Part shown: positions 60,114 through 64,000 of the stretch, piece by piece
How the letters are laid out: each line of letters begins with the position of its first letter
Numbering within the stretch: position 1 is the first letter of the stretch
Assembly: GCA_963827685.1 (NCBI GenBank)
Contig: CAWHBU010000002.1
Location: 448,001-512,000 of the forward strand
Direction: 5' to 3'
Source: an uncultured delta proteobacterium
GTDB lineage: Bacteria; Desulfobacterota; BSN033; UBA1163
Length of the DNA: 64,000 nucleotides
Translations under genes and position numbers: made by a program
Notes under the pieces: generated by a model
The model's database searches: none
What the model was told of the DNA's origin: nothing
What the model saw: only the letters and a program-made list of their open reading frames with translations

Positions 60114-61088
60114 TTACTTCCCCTTCTTTTCTAAAAGCTCCTTGATTTTTGAGAGCAGCGCTTCCGCCTCGAATGGCTTAGATACGTACGCATCAGCACC
60201 CACCTCTCGACCCACCTTCCTAATTTCCTGTGGTGTCCTTCCAGAGGATATAATGATAGGAATAGTATTATATTTTGGATCAGCCTTAAGAAGCTGGCAG
60301 ACTTTATATCCATTCATTTTAGGAAGCATGATGTCGAGGATAATCAAGCTCGGGTTTTCTTTATGGGCTTTCTCCAAACCTTCCTGGCCGTCGCCTGCGG
60401 TAATCACTTCGTAATTGTTTGCTTCTAATCTCATCCTGAGCATGTTAATAATCGCTGCTTGGTCTTCTACGATCAGTATTCTTTTTTTCGTCGTTACCGT
60501 TTTCTTCTCGGTGACGGGTTCTGCGATAAAATCGCCTCTTCTGGGGTGTACGATTTCATTCCATGACTTCTCAGATATCTCCTCAACAGATTGAATCAAA
60601 CCATCCACGTTCTGTTTTCCGGTTGAAAGCAATTCTTTTTGTTTGGGGTTTAGTTTTCCTGGTATTTCATCCAGCACCAAGGACAGGCTCTCTTTGACCA
60701 CGGCCAGTGGGGTACGAATGACATGGGAGATCATCCCCATCACTTCGTCTTTCATGATTTCCAGTTCATGTCTCAGTTCATCTTTCATGATTTCCAGCTC
60801 ATCTTCCGGTGGGTCGTTCTTTGCCCTTTTCGGTTTTTCTTCTTTTGCGGAGGCGGCCGATGCAAAGATCGCATTAAACCGAGAGATACTGAGAAGCTCC
60901 CCGATCAGTTTATTCAATTCATCCGTGCATTCTAGGGCGGGCCTTAAGAGAGTGAAGCAGTTATCGCAGTTTGAGCCTCCGAGACCGTCCAGAATCATGC
61001 TCGCCCCTTCTCGAACGACCATGAGTTGGCTGCGCAAGTCGTGTCTGACAGACGAAAGATAGGCTTCTATTTTTTCTTCTTCACTCAT
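60114..61088 (-). CDS. Two HisKA-like domains + receiver domain, no HATPase
   Basis: RHDLRSQL and SHVIRTPL H-boxes; C-terminal ILIVED...LDIMLP...KPF. Confidence 0.8.
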   Translation of the reverse strand: MSEEEKIEAYLSSVRHDLRSQLMVVREGASMILDGLGGSNCDNCFTLLRPALECTDELNKLIGELLSISRFNAIFASAASAKEEKPKRAKNDPPEDELEIMKDELRHELEIMKDEVMGMISHVIRTPLAVVKESLSLVLDEIPGKLNPKQKELLSTGKQNVDGLIQSVEEISEKSWNEIVHPRRGDFIAEPVTEKKTVTTKKRILIVEDQAAIINMLRMRLEANNYEVITAGDGQEGLEKAHKENPSLIILDIMLPKMNGYKVCQLLKADPKYNTIPIIISSGRTPQEIRKVGREVGADAYVSKPFEAEALLSKIKELLEKKGK

Positions 61089-61089
61089 A

Positions 61090-62745
61090 TCATTCACCTC
61101 TCTTGGAGATCTGGACAAGAGTATTCCTGCACGCCCTTAAAAGAAATTCTACTGTGAAATCCTCACAAAACCTTACTTGCTCATCTTTCGGTCTTTTTTC
61201 CAACAGCCGGATGGCGTTCTTGAATTCTCTGGCCGCTGCACTAAACTTTCTCTGGTACAAATACATATTTCCGAGGTTAAAATAGGCGAGAACCGATTCG
61301 GGGGTCACATAGATTACCTTCCTGAATTGTGCCTCCGCCTCTTTAAGATCACCGCTTTTGTATGATAGGACACCCAAGAGATAATACGCCTCAACACTTA
61401 GATTGTCCACCTCGATGATCTTTCCGAGGATATCCGCCGCTTCTTTATATTTTGCCTCGTTCGCCAAGATCATCGCTTTCGTAAGACAGGTGAGGAAATC
61501 GTTTTTGTCTTGAGCGATCATGTGATCGGGTGAAAAGGGGGAGGCGACGTCAGACGGTTTCTCAACTCGTAGAGCCGGGGCTTCAACCTGCTCAAGTGGT
61601 CCGGGTATCTCCTGGTGCCCGGACCTTAATTCGTAAGGGAAAGAGCGTTTTTCTGTGCTCGTCTCTTGGGCGGAGGGCAACCCCTTGACTCCCCAGCCTT
61701 TAGGTTTTGACTCGAAACGAGAAGAAGGGGGCTCACTCAGGATTGACCCTGAATGGCCCTTCTTACCTCCGGCTGCAAATGCGGGCCCTGTACCGTTCTG
61801 GTACAGGGCGGGGGTTGGCGTTGCGGAAAGGGTCAAGTTCTCGATGGCGACCTCCGGTACAGCCATAAATGGCTTCATCGGGTCTTCCCGAGCAGGACTT
61901 AACGTCTTCTTATAGATGAATGTCTGAGGAAACTCCACTCTCTCAAACTTGTCAGTGATCTGCCATAGGGTCTCTGTGTGTCCGAGAAAAAGATAACCAT
62001 CCTGAGCAAGGTAGTCATAAAAATTCTCAATGACTCGCTCGGTGGTCTGGGCATCGAAATAGATAATAACATTTCTGCAGAAGATCATATCTACATTTTG
62101 GATCGTTTCATGCATAAACGGGTCTTTAGCTAAGTTATGATATTCAAACCGGACCAACGCTTTCACATCATCTTTCAGATGATAGGTTGAACCCCGGATG
62201 TCGAAATACTTCTCCAGATATTCCTTTTCCAAATGGCCTATGTCCTTTTCAACATAGATGGCTTGTTCCGAGCAAGCCAGTCCATTTCTATTTATGTCTG
62301 TGCCCAGAATGGAGATATCCCACTCGCTATAAGAAGGGAGAGCCTCCATCATCGCGATAGCGATGGAATAAGCCTCATCTCCCCTGGAACACCCCGCTGA
62401 CCATGCGCGTATACACTTATCCCCTGCATCCACCTTCCTCTGAATGATTTCAGGCAAGACAAATCTCATGAGCACGTTAAACTGAGCCTTATTTCTGAAG
62501 AAATAGGTCTCGCTGATCGTGATCAGATCGAGGAGTTCCCGTATCTCGAGCCGTCCCTCCGGATGGAATTTTAGAAGGTTATAATATTCCCGGTAGGAAT
62601 CGTAACCCCGGTGTTGCAGACGCTGCCAAAGAGCAAGATGTAAGGACTGGTTCCTGCTTTCTTCAAAGCGGAGGCCACTCGCTTCGATGAGCAGTTCCTG
62701 AAAAAGACTGGAATCTTCCGAGGATAGGGGCAAGATATTTTTCAT
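61090..62745 (-). CDS. cheR: CheR-type methyltransferase with C-terminal TPR
   Basis: ETYFFR, WSAGCSRGDEAYS, GTDIN, IFCRNVIIYF, LFLGH.E; TPRs at the C-terminus. Confidence 0.92.
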   Translation of the reverse strand: MKNILPLSSEDSSLFQELLIEASGLRFEESRNQSLHLALWQRLQHRGYDSYREYYNLLKFHPEGRLEIRELLDLITISETYFFRNKAQFNVLMRFVLPEIIQRKVDAGDKCIRAWSAGCSRGDEAYSIAIAMMEALPSYSEWDISILGTDINRNGLACSEQAIYVEKDIGHLEKEYLEKYFDIRGSTYHLKDDVKALVRFEYHNLAKDPFMHETIQNVDMIFCRNVIIYFDAQTTERVIENFYDYLAQDGYLFLGHTETLWQITDKFERVEFPQTFIYKKTLSPAREDPMKPFMAVPEVAIENLTLSATPTPALYQNGTGPAFAAGGKKGHSGSILSEPPSSRFESKPKGWGVKGLPSAQETSTEKRSFPYELRSGHQEIPGPLEQVEAPALRVEKPSDVASPFSPDHMIAQDKNDFLTCLTKAMILANEAKYKEAADILGKIIEVDNLSVEAYYLLGVLSYKSGDLKEAEAQFRKVIYVTPESVLAYFNLGNMYLYQRKFSAAAREFKNAIRLLEKRPKDEQVRFCEDFTVEFLLRACRNTLVQISKRGE

Positions 62746-63224
62746 CGTTCAAGCGTCGATAATTCGTTAACTTCTTTCTTCGTTAGAATGTGTTCCAAAT
62801 TCAAGATGGGGATGATTCTTTTACCCACCCTTGCGATCCCCGATATCATCTCTGCTTCCATCTGCATGGATACCACTTCTGGTAGCGGTTCAATATCTTC
62901 CTTGGATAAACCGATGATTTCTTTTAAGCTATTGACCGTGAGTCCGACGATGAACCGATTGACCCTGCAGACGATGATTCTTTTGCTGGTTTCATCTACC
63001 ATGTCTTTTGCAGTGAGTCTCTTTCTCAGATCGATTAGAGCAACGATATGTCCTCTCAAATTGATGACCCCCTCAATAAAGGGCGGGGCCTTGGGAAGAG
63101 GAGTAATCTCTTGTGGTCGTAATACCTCCCGTACCCAAGAGATATCCAACCCCAATTCCTCATTCGCCACACGAAAGACCAGTATCTGTCTGTCCTCTTT
63201 TTTCTCGATCCTTTCCTTTTGCAT
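62742..63224 (-). CDS. cheW: CheW coupling protein
   Basis: VREV...PLPKAPPFIEGVINLRG. Confidence 0.93.
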   Translation of the reverse strand: MQKERIEKKEDRQILVFRVANEELGLDISWVREVLRPQEITPLPKAPPFIEGVINLRGHIVALIDLRKRLTAKDMVDETSKRIIVCRVNRFIVGLTVNSLKEIIGLSKEDIEPLPEVVSMQMEAEMISGIARVGKRIIPILNLEHILTKKEVNELSTLER

Positions 63225-63268
63225 CTCCCGCCCAACCGTCACTTCCCTTGGAAGGCATAGCCTGGCAC

Positions 63269-64000
63269 CTATCTCACCATCGAGACGATTTCTTCTGCGA
63301 TGCTTTCCAAGGGGAGTACTTTATCGATCACATTCATTTCTACGGCTGCCTTGGGCATACCAAAAACGACACAACTCTTTTCATTTTGGGCAATGGTTTT
63401 GCCATAGCATTGTTTGATGGCCTTCACTCCCATTGCCCCATCTCTGCCCATACCGGTCAGGATGGCTGCCACACTTCCTTTTCCGTAGGTCCTGGCCACA
63501 GACTCCAACAACACATCTCCTGAGGGCCTGTGGCCTCCCTGAGCCGGCTCATTTGAAAGGCTTATCTTTCCGCTTTCCTCTACCCTCATTTGAAGGTTGT
63601 CCGGAGCCATATAGGCCACTCCAGGTCGTATGTCTTCCGAATCTTCTCCAATCTTAACTTTGATTTTGCATTCTTTAGCAAGCCAGTCCACCAGGCCTGG
63701 CAGAAAACCACTGGTGATGTGTTGAACAATCACGATGCCGCAAGGGAAATCTTCAGGAAGTTTTTTGAGTATCTCGAGAAGTGCCTGGGGCCCCCGGTTG
63801 AGGCTACAACGGCCACGATCTTATCCGAGACTTCTTTTCCGGGAGCCTTAAGGTTAACGACGGACCTCTCATTCCGCAATCTGGCCAATGGCCGTTCCAT
63901 GACTCTGACACCGGTCAAGAATTTTATCTTCGCGATCAGAGCCTCTCCAGACTTTTTATGTCCCACTAACTCTAATTCTCTTTTGTCAATAACGTCTAAC
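63269..64000 (-). pseudogene. cheB: CheB methylesterase, frameshifted at about 63787-63790; 5' end outside the window
   Basis: ASTGGP in one frame; VQH, RPS.D and LTGMGRDGA in another; one extra C restores GGPQALLEILKKLP. Confidence 0.88.

Overview
Bacterial chromosome segment whose gene content and style fit an anaerobic Deltaproteobacterium/Desulfobacterota-like organism (inference). Left to right: (1) 1-2054, small minus-strand accessory genes with one integron attC-like site. (2) 2.6-18.2 kb, a potassium locus: HAMP/PAS histidine kinase, KdpD-USP-PTS EIIA fusion, lipoprotein, two small membrane peptides, kdpABC, beta-barrel porin, P-II remnant, a second kinase-less KdpD and an ArsB/NhaD transporter. 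(3) rsmI and an IS30 element interrupted by an IS630 element. (4) Housekeeping block: HEAT + HD-GYP, short MazG, ileS-lspA-lgt-def-fmt, htpX-rsmB, lysE-like, rpe, DUF3786, PAC2, cytochrome c. (5) 38-44.8 kb, an accessory island (RHH protein, Ser/Thr kinase, TPR/Zn-ribbon protein, class III cyclase-like protein, AlbA_2 protein, DUF2971-like protein, broken toxin-antitoxin pair) whose genes are separated by attC remnants and a repeated promoter+palindrome module; this is the best candidate for an undescribed system. (6) Miscellaneous metabolic genes including a benzoate-CoA ligase. (7) A Wsp-like chemosensory cluster followed by a degenerate PHP-ATPase. Intergenic DNA, and some genes, carry many nested miniature palindromes and 7-8-mer repeat hairpins. 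No rRNA, tRNA or CRISPR array was recognised. All family calls come from motif recognition by eye; no searches were run.
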